Assembly (NCBI GenBank): GCA_043809245.1
Contig: JAZDDZ010000054.1
Location: 32,001 to 96,000 of the forward strand
Direction of reading: 5' to 3'
DNA: 64,000 nucleotides
DNA from: Candidatus Iainarchaeum sp.
GTDB lineage: Archaea > Iainarchaeota > Iainarchaeia > Iainarchaeales > JAZDDZ01
Shown: piece after piece, positions 37,828 through 47,495 of the stretch
How the letters are laid out: each line of letters begins with the position of its first letter
Position numbering within the stretch: position 1 is the stretch's first letter
Made by a program: the position numbers and the translations under genes
Notes under the pieces: generated by a model
What the model saw: the letters and a program-made list of their open reading frames with translations, nothing else
Databases searched by the model: none
Told to the model about the DNA's origin: nothing

Positions 37828-38903
37828 TCAGTGCCTGAATCGCCAGTTGAATAATTCCCGCCGACTATCCTTACAGCGAACTCGCTTAACGAATAAATAG
37901 TGTAACCATTGTCTTTTTCCTTGCAAATCAAGGGCTTTGTAACGCCTTTTCTCTCCATGTACTCTTTTTTTGCGTTAAGGCATAAAAGCGACAATTGTTT
38001 TCCCACTGTTCCAATTGAACTGCCTGTCCTGACCGATATTTCGGTTAAACTCATTGGGCTTTCGCTTAAAAGTGAAACAATGGAGCGCTGCAATGGGGTA
38101 AGGCGCTCCATTACATTGGTTTCATCCTGTGGCGCGGTTTCCTCTGCTGTTGTTGTGGCCTGTGGTGCCTCAATAACCGCTTTTTCGCCTAAATCCTTTT
38201 TCACTTCATCCAGCATTATTTCTTCATCCGCTGAATGGAATTCATGCAGTTTTATTATGGTTTTCTTGCAGTTCAATAAAAAATTCCTTGGATTGCCCTT
38301 TGAGTTTTCCGCAAAATAGTCAACCGTCTGTTCATGCAGGGGATTTGTGCCGTTAAGCCTTTTGCCTAAAATTTCCTTTAATTCCTCTTTTGTAAGGCGC
38401 CTTAGCATTAGGTCTTCGGCTAACCTGTTTCCAAAACAGCTTGAAACCGCTGCATTGTTTTTTTCAGTCAAGGAAATGATAATTGAATGGACTTCATCAG
38501 CGTCATACAAGCCCTTTAAGTAATTGCATTGGCTTGCCAAAAGCAAATGCGCTTCGTCTACAAGCAAAACCTTTTTGTTTTTGCCTAAAACACGGATTCT
38601 CTGCAAAAACCTGACTAAAGCGTTTTTTTTGGAGAAAATCTTCGGCACCTTGTTGAAACCGTCAAAAGCGGAAAAATAATGCGCGTCAAAGCCCTTTAAT
38701 CCGTTTATTTTTTTATCCATTAACTTTAGCAAAGAAGTCTTGCCTAAACCCTGCTCGCCTTTTAACTGTATTACGTTGCCTGAAAGCAAATGATTTGAAA
38801 TAGTTTTCTCTTCGCTTTCCCTTCCAATCAAATCAATTGAAGGCTTTACAGATAAAGGGTCTGCGTTATAGCCGTATCGTTCAAACCATGTTTCAAATCC
38901 TAT
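37824..38903 (-). CDS. AAA+ ATPase with C-terminal winged helix; true start probably upstream of the called TTG
   Basis: Walker A GEQGLGKT, Walker B LLVDEAH, S.GNPR, C-terminal LTPLQ..I..LL...S..EI...GTV.KQL. Frame open to 38924 with WFERYGYNADP. Confidence 0.8.
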   Translation of the reverse strand: MGFETWFERYGYNADPLSVKPSIDLIGRESEEKTISNHLLSGNVIQLKGEQGLGKTSLLKLMDKKINGLKGFDAHYFSAFDGFNKVPKIFSKKNALVRFLQRIRVLGKNKKVLLVDEAHLLLASQCNYLKGLYDADEVHSIIISLTEKNNAAVSSCFGNRLAEDLMLRRLTKEELKEILGKRLNGTNPLHEQTVDYFAENSKGNPRNFLLNCKKTIIKLHEFHSADEEIMLDEVKKDLGEKAVIEAPQATTTAEETAPQDETNVMERLTPLQRSIVSLLSESPMSLTEISVRTGSSIGTVGKQLSLLCLNAKKEYMERKGVTKPLICKEKDNGYTIYSLSEFAVRIVGGNYSTGDSGTD

Positions 38904-39216
38904 AAAACCACCCTGTGAAAAAATTTATTTCCTGACTAAAACCATTAACTGATTAACTAAACACCAGACTTATTTTTAAACCAAACAATTTTTAAGCAAA
39001 TAACTGCAGCCAGATGCAAAAAAGTTCCCGTGAAAGTGTAAGATTTTTTGAAAAACACGCTAAAAGAGCAGTTTTAACCTGACTACTCTGCCTAAACCTT
39101 GACTAACCTTTAACGTTTATAAAACCGAACAGCGCTTATTGGTTAAGAGATAAAAAAATTTCAATTAAACATAGTTACCGTGGTCTTCGACCACAAAAAG
39201 ACGAGGTGGGAAAAAA

Positions 39217-42200
39217 ATGAGCAAAACAACAACTAAACCAATTAACTCAACTTCAACAAGGCGATTAATCCCACTCACAATACTCATTTTCTGCCTAGCC
39301 ATCGGAATATTCGCTGGAACGGCGAGCGCTGCGCACAATAATAGTGCAACTATTTCCCCAGTATGGTCCACGCCAGGGGAAATTGAAGATTACACAGTAA
39401 CCATTTGTAATGTGATAGGCGGTAATGATTCGATTGATGAAGTAAGACTTTACCAGGCAACAGGGTATACAATACAAGATCCCCCAAATCAAAAAGATGG
39501 GTGGTATCTGTCACCATACCAGCCGACCAAGCATTATTATCTATATACTGCAGAGAGTGCCGATAATTATATTGCTGCAGGAGAATGTACTGATTTTACA
39601 TTTTCAGCAAAAACTCCAGAAAACGAAGCTGCCTGCAATTTGGCATGGAAATTTGAAACAAGAGATATAACCAATGTGTGGAAAGAGGTAAATGCTTTTA
39701 CAAGCGTTGATGGGCGAGCTCCAACCATAACAAAAAATGTAATAGGACCACAACTAATGAACGGAGAAGGATGCCCTAATGGGCCAGGTGATGGAGAGGA
39801 ATGCTGGGTACAGGATCACGAGACAACTATAACTGTTTCAGTTGAAGATACCCTCATTGAAGGCGGTTGTAACCCTCCAAGTGGAGTGGACTACTGCGAT
39901 TTTACAATCACACTTGACGGTGTGCCAAATGACAGTTGGCGCATTGATGCAGAACAGGGAGCTGTTTATGACGAAATCGTATTCGAAGAAGATTCAGTTC
40001 ATGTTCTAGGCATAACTTGCTATGATGTTGCGGGAAATGATGTTACAGATACAGAAACATTCAGAGTAGACTCAACGCCGCCTGAAACCGATAAGACATT
40101 CAACGGCCCGCAGAAAATTGACGAGAAAGGCGTTGAATGGATTGACGGCGTAACAACGGTTACATTAACTTCAGATGACCCCGAAGCGGAAACGACTCCT
40201 GAAGGCGTTGACTGCAGCATTGGTGTTGACAAGACATGGTATGCAAATGAGCTTGCGGATGGCGAGAGCGCTTGCTTTAACCCAAACAATGCCGAGTATT
40301 GCCACGCAGTATTAAGAAATCCTTACGATGCGGAAGGGGCAAAGGAATGCATTGATGATGCACAAGTTTATTGTGAAGAAAACTGGGATGAAGACTGGGA
40401 CAGCTGGGCAGCCTGCGTTGAGGACCTCGCACACAATAACTGTGACGTTGATTCAAGATGGCATCTCTACGACGGAAACCCAATTCCAAAAGACGAGGAA
40501 TCCTGCCATATACTCCAGTACTTCAGTATAGATGAATTAGGCAACACAGAAGACATGCAGACAAACTGCTTCTTCGTTGACAAGACGCCGCCTGCAATTA
40601 GCAAGGATGTTGGCGATAACAAGGTTCCTCTTTGCAGTTTAGATGACGAGGGAACAGTAATAGTTGATGAATCAGAGATGAATAAAATCAAAGGAGAATT
40701 TGGACTAACAGTGACTAAAGAAGACATAGGGGACAGCATCAAATGGACTTTCGACTTTGATGAAGAAGATATTTCAGGGCATACTTCAACTGGTGCGCAA
40801 GTAATTATTGCCAACGACTCAGTGCCTTTGTTCACTTTGGGCTGGAGTCCGGGTGAAAGCACAAGCGCGCCTGTTTACAAGCCTTACAGCGGAGGCTGGG
40901 GTGCAGCAACAACTGTTTTGCCTGCTGGAATGAGTGTTTCAGGAAACTATAATGAAACCTATTACGAAATAGTCATTCCAAAAGACGCTTTAGGCGGATG
41001 CCCGTATTATTGGGCAATAAATGGCGAAGCAACCGCGCCTCAGGCTTTGGGAACATCTAGTTCAGTCCAAGAAAACTACCCTGCAAACTGGGGAAGATGG
41101 ACTGCAACAAATGCAGCTCAAGGCGGAAACGCGGACAATTGGTGGGTTACAACTAAAACACCAATTACATTGAATTGTGAAGACGTTGGACCTCATCCAA
41201 GCGGCGACGTAACAATTTACTGGAAGTGGAGGTTTGACGGCGGCGCATGGAATGAAGGAAGCTACCAAGGCGAAAGCTATGACCTATACTTTAACGAAGA
41301 ATCAGTTCACGACTTGGAGTTCTGGTGCCAGGATGCAGTGCAGAAAGAATCAGAGCACGACACAGAGACATTCAGGGTTGACGACACACCGCCAGAAATT
41401 GACAAATCAATGCTCGGAGAAGAAGAGGTTGATTACCTCGGCGACTGCCCACCGCAAGACGAAGAAGACATATGCTTTGTCGCGGATAACGGCAGGGGCG
41501 GAGTGCACATTGATGTTTCAGACCCAGACCCAACTACAATGGGCTGCAATGTTGACAACAGCACCTGTAACTACGAGCTGTGGTGGCAGACAACCCTGGC
41601 TAACTGCCAGGAATATGTTGGCCCAGACCACTTATACAATGATGGAACAGGCGAATGCTTTGTGGAAGGAGGCCAATTCGGAGAGGACGGAACAGACATT
41701 CTCTTCACACAGGACTCAACCCACAGGCTTGTAGTCAACTGTGAGGACGCATTGGGCAATGAAATGAACACAGACACAGAGTACTTTAAAGTTGACTCAA
41801 CGCCTCCGGTTACAACAAAGACTTACGGTGAACCAGCATACCCAGAGAACATCAATGAACCGGGACCATACCCGCACTGGATCACAAGCGATACACCGAT
41901 AACGCTGGAAGCGACAGACAACAAGGTTGGAGTTGACAAGACATTCTGGAGATACGCAGTTGTTGACAACCAATGGTGTGAGACAGAGGCAAGCGGTTGC
42001 TCAACTTATGACGGAGAGCTTCCTGACTTTACAGAATATACTGGAACCGTCACACTTCCGGAAGAGTCATGCCACTTGATTGAATTCTACAGCAAAGACT
42101 TGCTCGGAAACACAGAGAAAGCAAACAGGCAGTGCGTGTTCGTGGATAACAGCGCACCGGAAGTAGATAAGAACGTCGGTGAAAACAAGGTTGCCTGCGA

Positions 42201-44271
42201 GGAAGGCGAGGTATGCGATTACTACATCAACCAGAACACGCCGATAAGCTTGTCCTGCGAGGATGTGCTCCCACACCCGGTTGGAAATGTTTCACTGTGG
42301 TACCATTACAGGTATGCAAAGACCTGCGATGACCTTGGAACTGCAACTTGGTCTGAATTGGTTGACACTGAGGGAGAACCCATTTACTTCACAGAGGACT
42401 CATGCCACGAGTTAGAGTACTACTGCGAGGACGCATTGGGCAACACATCAGACACTTTCAGCGAAATAGACATTGTTGACACACAGCCACCTGAAATCAC
42501 AAGTTCAATTGACGGCCCAAGCATTGTAATCGGTGAAAAGACATACATTGACACGGTTACAAAGATTCACATTGAAGCAACAGATCCAGATCCGCACCCA
42601 GTTGACAATGTGAAGTGCGAATGGTCTTACATCTTGGATGACGGCCAGAGTATCTTCGGGGGAGACGATCAGGCACCTCCTTTGGATATAACTTTCCCTG
42701 AGGAATCAAAGCACAAACTGCACGTCAAGTGCTGGGATGCATTGAAGAACAAAAGCGAACTGGTTGAAACATACTACGCTGACCACACGCCTCCGACAAC
42801 TACAAAGACTTACGGAGACCCATTCTTCCAAGGCGAAGGAAGCGAGTGGATTAACAGCACTACACCCATAACTTTAACAGTTGACGATACAGGCATACAC
42901 AAAACAGGAATTAAGGAAACAGATTACAGGGTAACGCTCGTTGACGACAGCTACTGCAGGCCGCCGGTGCAATGCATTGGTGACTGCATTGAAAGCGTCG
43001 TTTTGCCAAGCTGCGAGAATGCAGAAGGCTCATACGCCTGGCAAACCTATGAAGGGGAGCCATTCACAATAGGTGAGGAGTCATGCCACCTAATAGAGTA
43101 CTACTCTGTGGATAACGTTGACAAGACAGAGAAAACAAAGAAACAGTGTGTCTTTGTTGACAACCAGCCACCCACTCCAGTAAAAACAGTCGGTGACCCC
43201 AACAGCGTGTGGACTCCTGGAAAGAATGGGGATGTTGAATCCTATTTCTACCCAGAGGAGACGGCTCACTGTTGGGATGGAACAGATCAAAACATTGACT
43301 GCTGGAAAGTCACATTGATGACTCCAATTAAATTGGAATGCAATGACCCACAGCCACACCCAGTTGATAATGCAAAAGTTTGCTTCCAACTTGGTTTGGA
43401 CGGGCAGGATGCAACGGAAAAATACTGCTCGCCGCGTAAATACAATGGGGAGATGGAAGACGGCTACTGCTGTGTTGGAAGTGAAATAGATCCATTCTAT
43501 TTCAAAGAGGAGTCAGAGCACAACCTGAAGTACTACTGCGAGGATGCATTAGGCAACAGCAATAAGTTGGATGTGGATGAGGAGAAATTCAAGGTAGAAG
43601 GACAGCCATTCGAGATAAAGCTCTACAAGAAATGGAATCTCATCTCAGTGCCATTCGTATTGCTGGACAGCAATGTTCAGGAAGTATTCAAAGGGCTTGA
43701 CAAAAACATAGAATCCGTCTGGTCATATGATGGAACAACAGGCGAATGGTCTGTCTACAGACCAGGAGTGCCAAGCAACTTGACAGAGATAAAACCAGGC
43801 TGGGGCTACTGGGTGAACGCATATAACAAGGTAAAGGTGCTCATTGGAGGAGCACTATTCTCGCCTGCTACAGTGCCACCGAGCAAGCCACTAGCGCAGG
43901 GCTGGAACCTCATTGGAACCTACGGTCTTAACTGGCAGGAATACCCAGACATGGATGACACAAAGTTGATTTGCGGTGTTCCATTCGGAAAAGTCTTCGG
44001 AACCAATGTCTACTGCGGTCTGAACTCACTTGTTGGATCCATACAGGAAGGGCCAAGGTGGGCTTCCCTTGTAGGCTATGTTAGATGCAGCGACTACGAT
44101 ACGCAAGGCCAGTGGACTACAATGAATGCCTGCATTAACAACTTCAACAAGTTGTATGCGGGAAGGGGTTACTGGATATACATGCGCATGAGTGACATCT
44201 ACGCTCCGGCCACAACCTGCATCTGGAACGAAGACAATATCTGCATTGACAACAATCCAAAATGGTTTTAA
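39217..44271 (+). CDS. 1684-aa secreted acidic Cys-rich surface protein with tandem Ig-like repeats
   Basis: Signal peptide; about 9 repeats of H.L.(Y/F)...D..GN...(V)D.TPP...K; C-terminal (K/G)WNLI(S/G) domain; no TM anchor. Confidence 0.85.
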   Translation: MSKTTTKPINSTSTRRLIPLTILIFCLAIGIFAGTASAAHNNSATISPVWSTPGEIEDYTVTICNVIGGNDSIDEVRLYQATGYTIQDPPNQKDGWYLSPYQPTKHYYLYTAESADNYIAAGECTDFTFSAKTPENEAACNLAWKFETRDITNVWKEVNAFTSVDGRAPTITKNVIGPQLMNGEGCPNGPGDGEECWVQDHETTITVSVEDTLIEGGCNPPSGVDYCDFTITLDGVPNDSWRIDAEQGAVYDEIVFEEDSVHVLGITCYDVAGNDVTDTETFRVDSTPPETDKTFNGPQKIDEKGVEWIDGVTTVTLTSDDPEAETTPEGVDCSIGVDKTWYANELADGESACFNPNNAEYCHAVLRNPYDAEGAKECIDDAQVYCEENWDEDWDSWAACVEDLAHNNCDVDSRWHLYDGNPIPKDEESCHILQYFSIDELGNTEDMQTNCFFVDKTPPAISKDVGDNKVPLCSLDDEGTVIVDESEMNKIKGEFGLTVTKEDIGDSIKWTFDFDEEDISGHTSTGAQVIIANDSVPLFTLGWSPGESTSAPVYKPYSGGWGAATTVLPAGMSVSGNYNETYYEIVIPKDALGGCPYYWAINGEATAPQALGTSSSVQENYPANWGRWTATNAAQGGNADNWWVTTKTPITLNCEDVGPHPSGDVTIYWKWRFDGGAWNEGSYQGESYDLYFNEESVHDLEFWCQDAVQKESEHDTETFRVDDTPPEIDKSMLGEEEVDYLGDCPPQDEEDICFVADNGRGGVHIDVSDPDPTTMGCNVDNSTCNYELWWQTTLANCQEYVGPDHLYNDGTGECFVEGGQFGEDGTDILFTQDSTHRLVVNCEDALGNEMNTDTEYFKVDSTPPVTTKTYGEPAYPENINEPGPYPHWITSDTPITLEATDNKVGVDKTFWRYAVVDNQWCETEASGCSTYDGELPDFTEYTGTVTLPEESCHLIEFYSKDLLGNTEKANRQCVFVDNSAPEVDKNVGENKVACEEGEVCDYYINQNTPISLSCEDVLPHPVGNVSLWYHYRYAKTCDDLGTATWSELVDTEGEPIYFTEDSCHELEYYCEDALGNTSDTFSEIDIVDTQPPEITSSIDGPSIVIGEKTYIDTVTKIHIEATDPDPHPVDNVKCEWSYILDDGQSIFGGDDQAPPLDITFPEESKHKLHVKCWDALKNKSELVETYYADHTPPTTTKTYGDPFFQGEGSEWINSTTPITLTVDDTGIHKTGIKETDYRVTLVDDSYCRPPVQCIGDCIESVVLPSCENAEGSYAWQTYEGEPFTIGEESCHLIEYYSVDNVDKTEKTKKQCVFVDNQPPTPVKTVGDPNSVWTPGKNGDVESYFYPEETAHCWDGTDQNIDCWKVTLMTPIKLECNDPQPHPVDNAKVCFQLGLDGQDATEKYCSPRKYNGEMEDGYCCVGSEIDPFYFKEESEHNLKYYCEDALGNSNKLDVDEEKFKVEGQPFEIKLYKKWNLISVPFVLLDSNVQEVFKGLDKNIESVWSYDGTTGEWSVYRPGVPSNLTEIKPGWGYWVNAYNKVKVLIGGALFSPATVPPSKPLAQGWNLIGTYGLNWQEYPDMDDTKLICGVPFGKVFGTNVYCGLNSLVGSIQEGPRWASLVGYVRCSDYDTQGQWTTMNACINNFNKLYAGRGYWIYMRMSDIYAPATTCIWNEDNICIDNNPKWF

Positions 44272-44278
44272 ATGAAAA

Positions 44279-44322
44279 AACGGGATAATGCATTTATCCC
44301 GTTCCTCCTTTCTTTTTTCTTT
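44279..44322 (+). terminator. Hairpin plus T-rich tract after the giant surface gene
   Basis: AACGGGATAA/TTATCCCGTT 10-bp stem followed by CCTCCTTTCTTTTTTCTTTT. Confidence 0.55.
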
Positions 44323-44407
44323 TCCTGAAGAAAAGGATATATTTAAATAAATTGGCTAGGGAGAATATTTAGGTCAAATTAACCTTTTAACTGAATTAGG
44401 GGATTAA

Positions 44408-45580
44408 ATGAAGGTTGGGCAAATTTTTGGATTAATTGTTTCAATCCTATTTGTTTTTGCAATATCCAATTCAGTTTTAGCAGCGCCAGGGATCCCACAC
44501 CAGTTTTTCGGCAATGTTACGATTAGTGGGCAGCCCGCGCCTAATGGAACAGTTATTGTTGCAAAGGGCGCCGGATACGAAAATGACACCACAACCACTT
44601 TGAATGGAACGTATGGTTATTCCCCTGTTTTTTTTGTGCATAACCCGAATGACAATAGGTCAGGAAAATTAATTGAGTTCTATATTGGCGACACTAAGGT
44701 TGGCGAGGCAACATTCGTAAAGGGGGGCTGCAACCTTTGTGGAGAAAATTGCGCCCTAGAAGCCTGTGTACCTTTAAATTTTGACGCTCCTTCAAGCGGC
44801 CCGATTTGCGGTGACACAAGCTGTAATGGAGCAGAGAACTGTTCCACTTGCCCGCAGGACTGCGGAACATGCCCTCCTGCAGAGCCACCTCCAGTGATTA
44901 GCGGAGGCGGTGGCGGAGGGGGCGGCGGTGGAGGCGGAGGCGGAACAGCCACGCCGATTTTCGCGGTTGACAAGAACACTGCAATCATTGGCGAGACAGT
45001 CACTGTTACGGTTAAGTGCCTTTGGACTTACGGCTGCGTTTTAAACATTGACGGAAACCAGGTTCAGCAGTTCATTAACAGCATTGGATTGAAAAAATAC
45101 GAGGCAAAATTTGATTCACCCGGAACAAAAGTCATTGAATTCCACAGGAAGGGAATGGGTGACACGCTTTTGGGAAATAAAAGCATTGTGATTTTGTCAG
45201 CGGAACAGGCACAGGCAATAGAGGATGGAAATGCAGTTGAAGAAGTTGTAAACATTCCAATAGACGACTGCGAGGGCGTTGTATGCCAGGACGATAATCC
45301 TTGCACTGCGGATTTTTGCGCGAACGCTGACTGCAAGTACGTTGCATTGGATGATGGAGTAGGATGCCAGTTAAACGGAGCGCAGGGAACATGCACTGCA
45401 GGGGAATGCGTTGTAGAGGAAGCGCCTGAAGGAAACTTGCCTTCAGCCACGGGTTTGTTCGGTTTGCCGGGAATGAGCGGTGGAATCATTTTGGGGTTAA
45501 TTGTTTTGCTTGCAATTGATTTAATCGCTTTTTTTGTTGTCAGAAAAAACAGGTTAAACGCGGGAAAAGGCGCAAAATAA
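44408..45580 (+). CDS. Membrane-anchored surface protein with Cys-rich motifs and poly-Gly linker
   Basis: Signal peptide; PHQF.G.VTI.G.PAP.GT; CGD..C...E.C.TCPQDCG; G13 run; DDNPCT.D.C; ATG..-TM-basic tail. Confidence 0.8.
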   Translation: MKVGQIFGLIVSILFVFAISNSVLAAPGIPHQFFGNVTISGQPAPNGTVIVAKGAGYENDTTTTLNGTYGYSPVFFVHNPNDNRSGKLIEFYIGDTKVGEATFVKGGCNLCGENCALEACVPLNFDAPSSGPICGDTSCNGAENCSTCPQDCGTCPPAEPPPVISGGGGGGGGGGGGGGTATPIFAVDKNTAIIGETVTVTVKCLWTYGCVLNIDGNQVQQFINSIGLKKYEAKFDSPGTKVIEFHRKGMGDTLLGNKSIVILSAEQAQAIEDGNAVEEVVNIPIDDCEGVVCQDDNPCTADFCANADCKYVALDDGVGCQLNGAQGTCTAGECVVEEAPEGNLPSATGLFGLPGMSGGIILGLIVLLAIDLIAFFVVRKNRLNAGKGAK

Positions 45581-45749
45581 AGTGCCACGATTGCACCCTA
45601 TTTTTTGCTTTAAAAATTGGCTAATTATTAGTGCGCGACAAAAGCACATAAGATAACGCTGAATAAGCCTAAATATAATGCATATTGGATATGGCATTTA
45701 ATGCGCATTATTTATATGCTTTATTGTGCATCAATTTTATGGTGGTTTT

Positions 45750-45986
45750 ATGAATGTTGACCTTGGAGTGCCGTACGAGGCAATAATGAAAAAGGCAATT
45801 GAAAAAGGATATGCGGGAAACCAGACGGAAGTGGTCAGGCAGGCTTTGCTCAATTATGAGAGGGTGCTTGAGGAAGAAGAAAAAGAACTTGTTGCCAAGG
45901 CGGTTAAAATAGAAATGGGCGAGGTAAAAGCAGGCAACATTAAAACCAAGCCCTTTGGCGAAATCAAGAAAAAGTTCAAGTGGTAA
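45750..45986 (+). CDS. Ribbon-helix-helix antitoxin
   Basis: I.KGYA.N.TEV.RQAL motif; directly upstream of the RelE-like gene. Confidence 0.7.
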   Translation: MNVDLGVPYEAIMKKAIEKGYAGNQTEVVRQALLNYERVLEEEEKELVAKAVKIEMGEVKAGNIKTKPFGEIKKKFKW

Positions 45987-45987
45987 A

Positions 45988-46248
45988 ATGGAAATACGGA
46001 TTCTTGAAACCGCCGAAAAAGAACTTGAAAAAATATCCAACCCGTTAAACAAACAATTCGGAAAACACATTGAAAAAATTGCCTCAAAAGAAACCAACAA
46101 ACACCTGAAACTAGGTTTGCCTTACTTTACCGAAAACGTCACAAAACAAGCGAGAATTATCTATTACATTGAAGAAGAAACCATTTACATTCTGCATTGC
46201 TTTGCAACCCACAAAGAATATGAGAGATGGTACAAATCATTCAAGTAA
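45988..46248 (+). CDS. RelE/ParE-family toxin
   Basis: A.KEL.K, RIIY.I....I.IL....HKEYE.WY. Confidence 0.75.
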   Translation: MEIRILETAEKELEKISNPLNKQFGKHIEKIASKETNKHLKLGLPYFTENVTKQARIIYYIEEETIYILHCFATHKEYERWYKSFK

Positions 46249-46256
46249 CAGCCACA

Positions 46257-46397
46257 AAAGACAAGCTTGTGTTTAAAAAAAACTTTTTGGAAGATAGGAT
46301 AGGGATTCGTTTGGCTAAAAGGAAAAGCTTTTTTGGCGCAATTAAAGGCATTGGGGCCTTCAAAGAAAAAGACAGATTGGATTGCAGAAGCGGTTAA
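46257..46397 (+). pseudogene. Start-less remnant resembling an antitoxin C-terminus
   Basis: Manual translation KDKLVFKKNFLEDRIGIRLAKRKSFFGAIKGIGAFKEKDRLDCRSG*; the S.FG..KG...F...DR pattern recalls archaeal VapB/AbrB antitoxins. Confidence 0.4.
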
Positions 46398-46412
46398 AGT
46401 TGTGTGATTTTT

Positions 46413-46757
46413 ATGGAGAAAATTTTGCCTTATAATTGCAGGTGCGGCGGAAAACTGAAGAAAAGCACCTGCAACGTGGAGTTTTTTGGAATAGATTTTG
46501 GCGCAAGGGAATGCGAGGTCTGCACTAAATGCAATTCCGAATACCTTGACGACAAGGTAATGGAAGAAATAGAAAACGAAGTCAAGGAAAAAAAGCTTTT
46601 TGCATTGGAGAGAAAAATTACTGTTACAAAGTCAGGGAATTCACTGGTTGTAAGGATTCCGCCGGAAATAGCCAAATTCAGCAAGCTTCATTATCAAAGC
46701 ATTTTAAGGCTTGTTCCATTGACTGATAAAAGAATTGAGCTTGAAGTAATAGGCTGA
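46413..46757 (+). CDS. Zinc finger + AbrB/MazE-domain protein (same architecture as 32558-32887)
   Basis: CRCGG...CTKC.SEY, then KSGNSLVVRIP.EI. Confidence 0.75.
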   Translation: MEKILPYNCRCGGKLKKSTCNVEFFGIDFGARECEVCTKCNSEYLDDKVMEEIENEVKEKKLFALERKITVTKSGNSLVVRIPPEIAKFSKLHYQSILRLVPLTDKRIELEVIG

Positions 46758-46849
46758 AATTACCGGGAAAAACAAGCCTTTTTAAACTATTTCCTAGGGA
46801 ATTCCTTAGTAAGCCAAAAACAGCTATTTTAGCGCATTTTGGTTTTTTT

Positions 46850-46894
46850 ACCGATGACATACCCGGCCGTTTTGGCCGAGTTCGGGTTGGAGGT
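46850..46894 (+). promoter_or_regulatory. Kink-turn in the rpl7ae 5' UTR overlapping the Shine-Dalgarno
   Basis: C-stem ACC/GGT, bulge GAT, tandem G.A/A.G (46856-57 with 46890-91), C-G, A-U, then ACCCG/CGGGT stem; SD GGAGGTGA at 46889-46896. Confidence 0.75.
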
Positions 46895-46904
46895 GAAAAA
46901 AAGT

Positions 46905-47270
46905 ATGGCATCGTACATAAAGTTCAGCATAACTGACGAGTTAAAGGAAAAGCAAACGCATTTGCTTGACAAAATCAAAAAGCAGGGAAAAATTAAGGTC
47001 GGAAGCAACGAGGTTACAAAGGCAATTGAGCGCGGAAACGCAAAGCTGGTTGTCATTGCGGAAGATGTTTCCCCGCCTGAAATAGTAATGCATTTGCCCT
47101 TGATTTGCGAGGAGAAAAACGTTCCCTATTCTTTCGGCTACTCAAAAAAGGAGTTAGGGGAAAAGGCAGGAATCAACACTGGCACTTCAGCGATTGTTGT
47201 AATCAATGAAGGCGAATCCAAAAAGGAGCTTGAGGACCTGGCAAAAAAAATCCAGAGCCTTAAAAAGTGA
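46905..47270 (+). CDS. rpl7ae: 50S ribosomal protein L7Ae (eL8)
   Basis: GKIK.G.NEVTKAIERG.AKLVVIAEDV.PPEIV.HLP. Confidence 0.97.
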   Translation: MASYIKFSITDELKEKQTHLLDKIKKQGKIKVGSNEVTKAIERGNAKLVVIAEDVSPPEIVMHLPLICEEKNVPYSFGYSKKELGEKAGINTGTSAIVVINEGESKKELEDLAKKIQSLKK

Positions 47271-47284
47271 GAGCGTGATGTGGA

Positions 47285-47491
47285 ATGGATAGGGCAACGC
47301 CAGCGGAAATAGTGGAAATAGTCCAGCGGACAGGGGTTTACGGGGAAATAACCCAGGTGCTTTGCAGGATACTTGACGGCCCGGAGAAAGGAAGGGTGAA
47401 AAGGAGAAACGTTAAGGGAAACGTAAAGAAAGGCGACTTAATAATGCTGTTAAGCACTGAAAGGGAAGCAAAAGAAATAAAGGCAAGGTGA
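47285..47491 (+). CDS. rps28e: 30S ribosomal protein S28e
   Basis: PAE..EI..RTG..GE.TQV..RIL.G...RNVKG...GD...L..TEREA. Confidence 0.96.
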   Translation: MDRATPAEIVEIVQRTGVYGEITQVLCRILDGPEKGRVKRRNVKGNVKKGDLIMLLSTEREAKEIKAR

Positions 47492-47495
47492 ATTT

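Noticed and set aside
37824-38831. AAA-wHTH protein as Orc1/Cdc6 marking a replication origin
   Set aside because: It lacks recognisable Cdc6-specific motifs and no ORB-like G-string boxes are seen nearby.
44900-44945. GGN tandem repeat
   Set aside because: It encodes an ordinary poly-Gly linker with mixed codons, so it is not a phase-variable tract.
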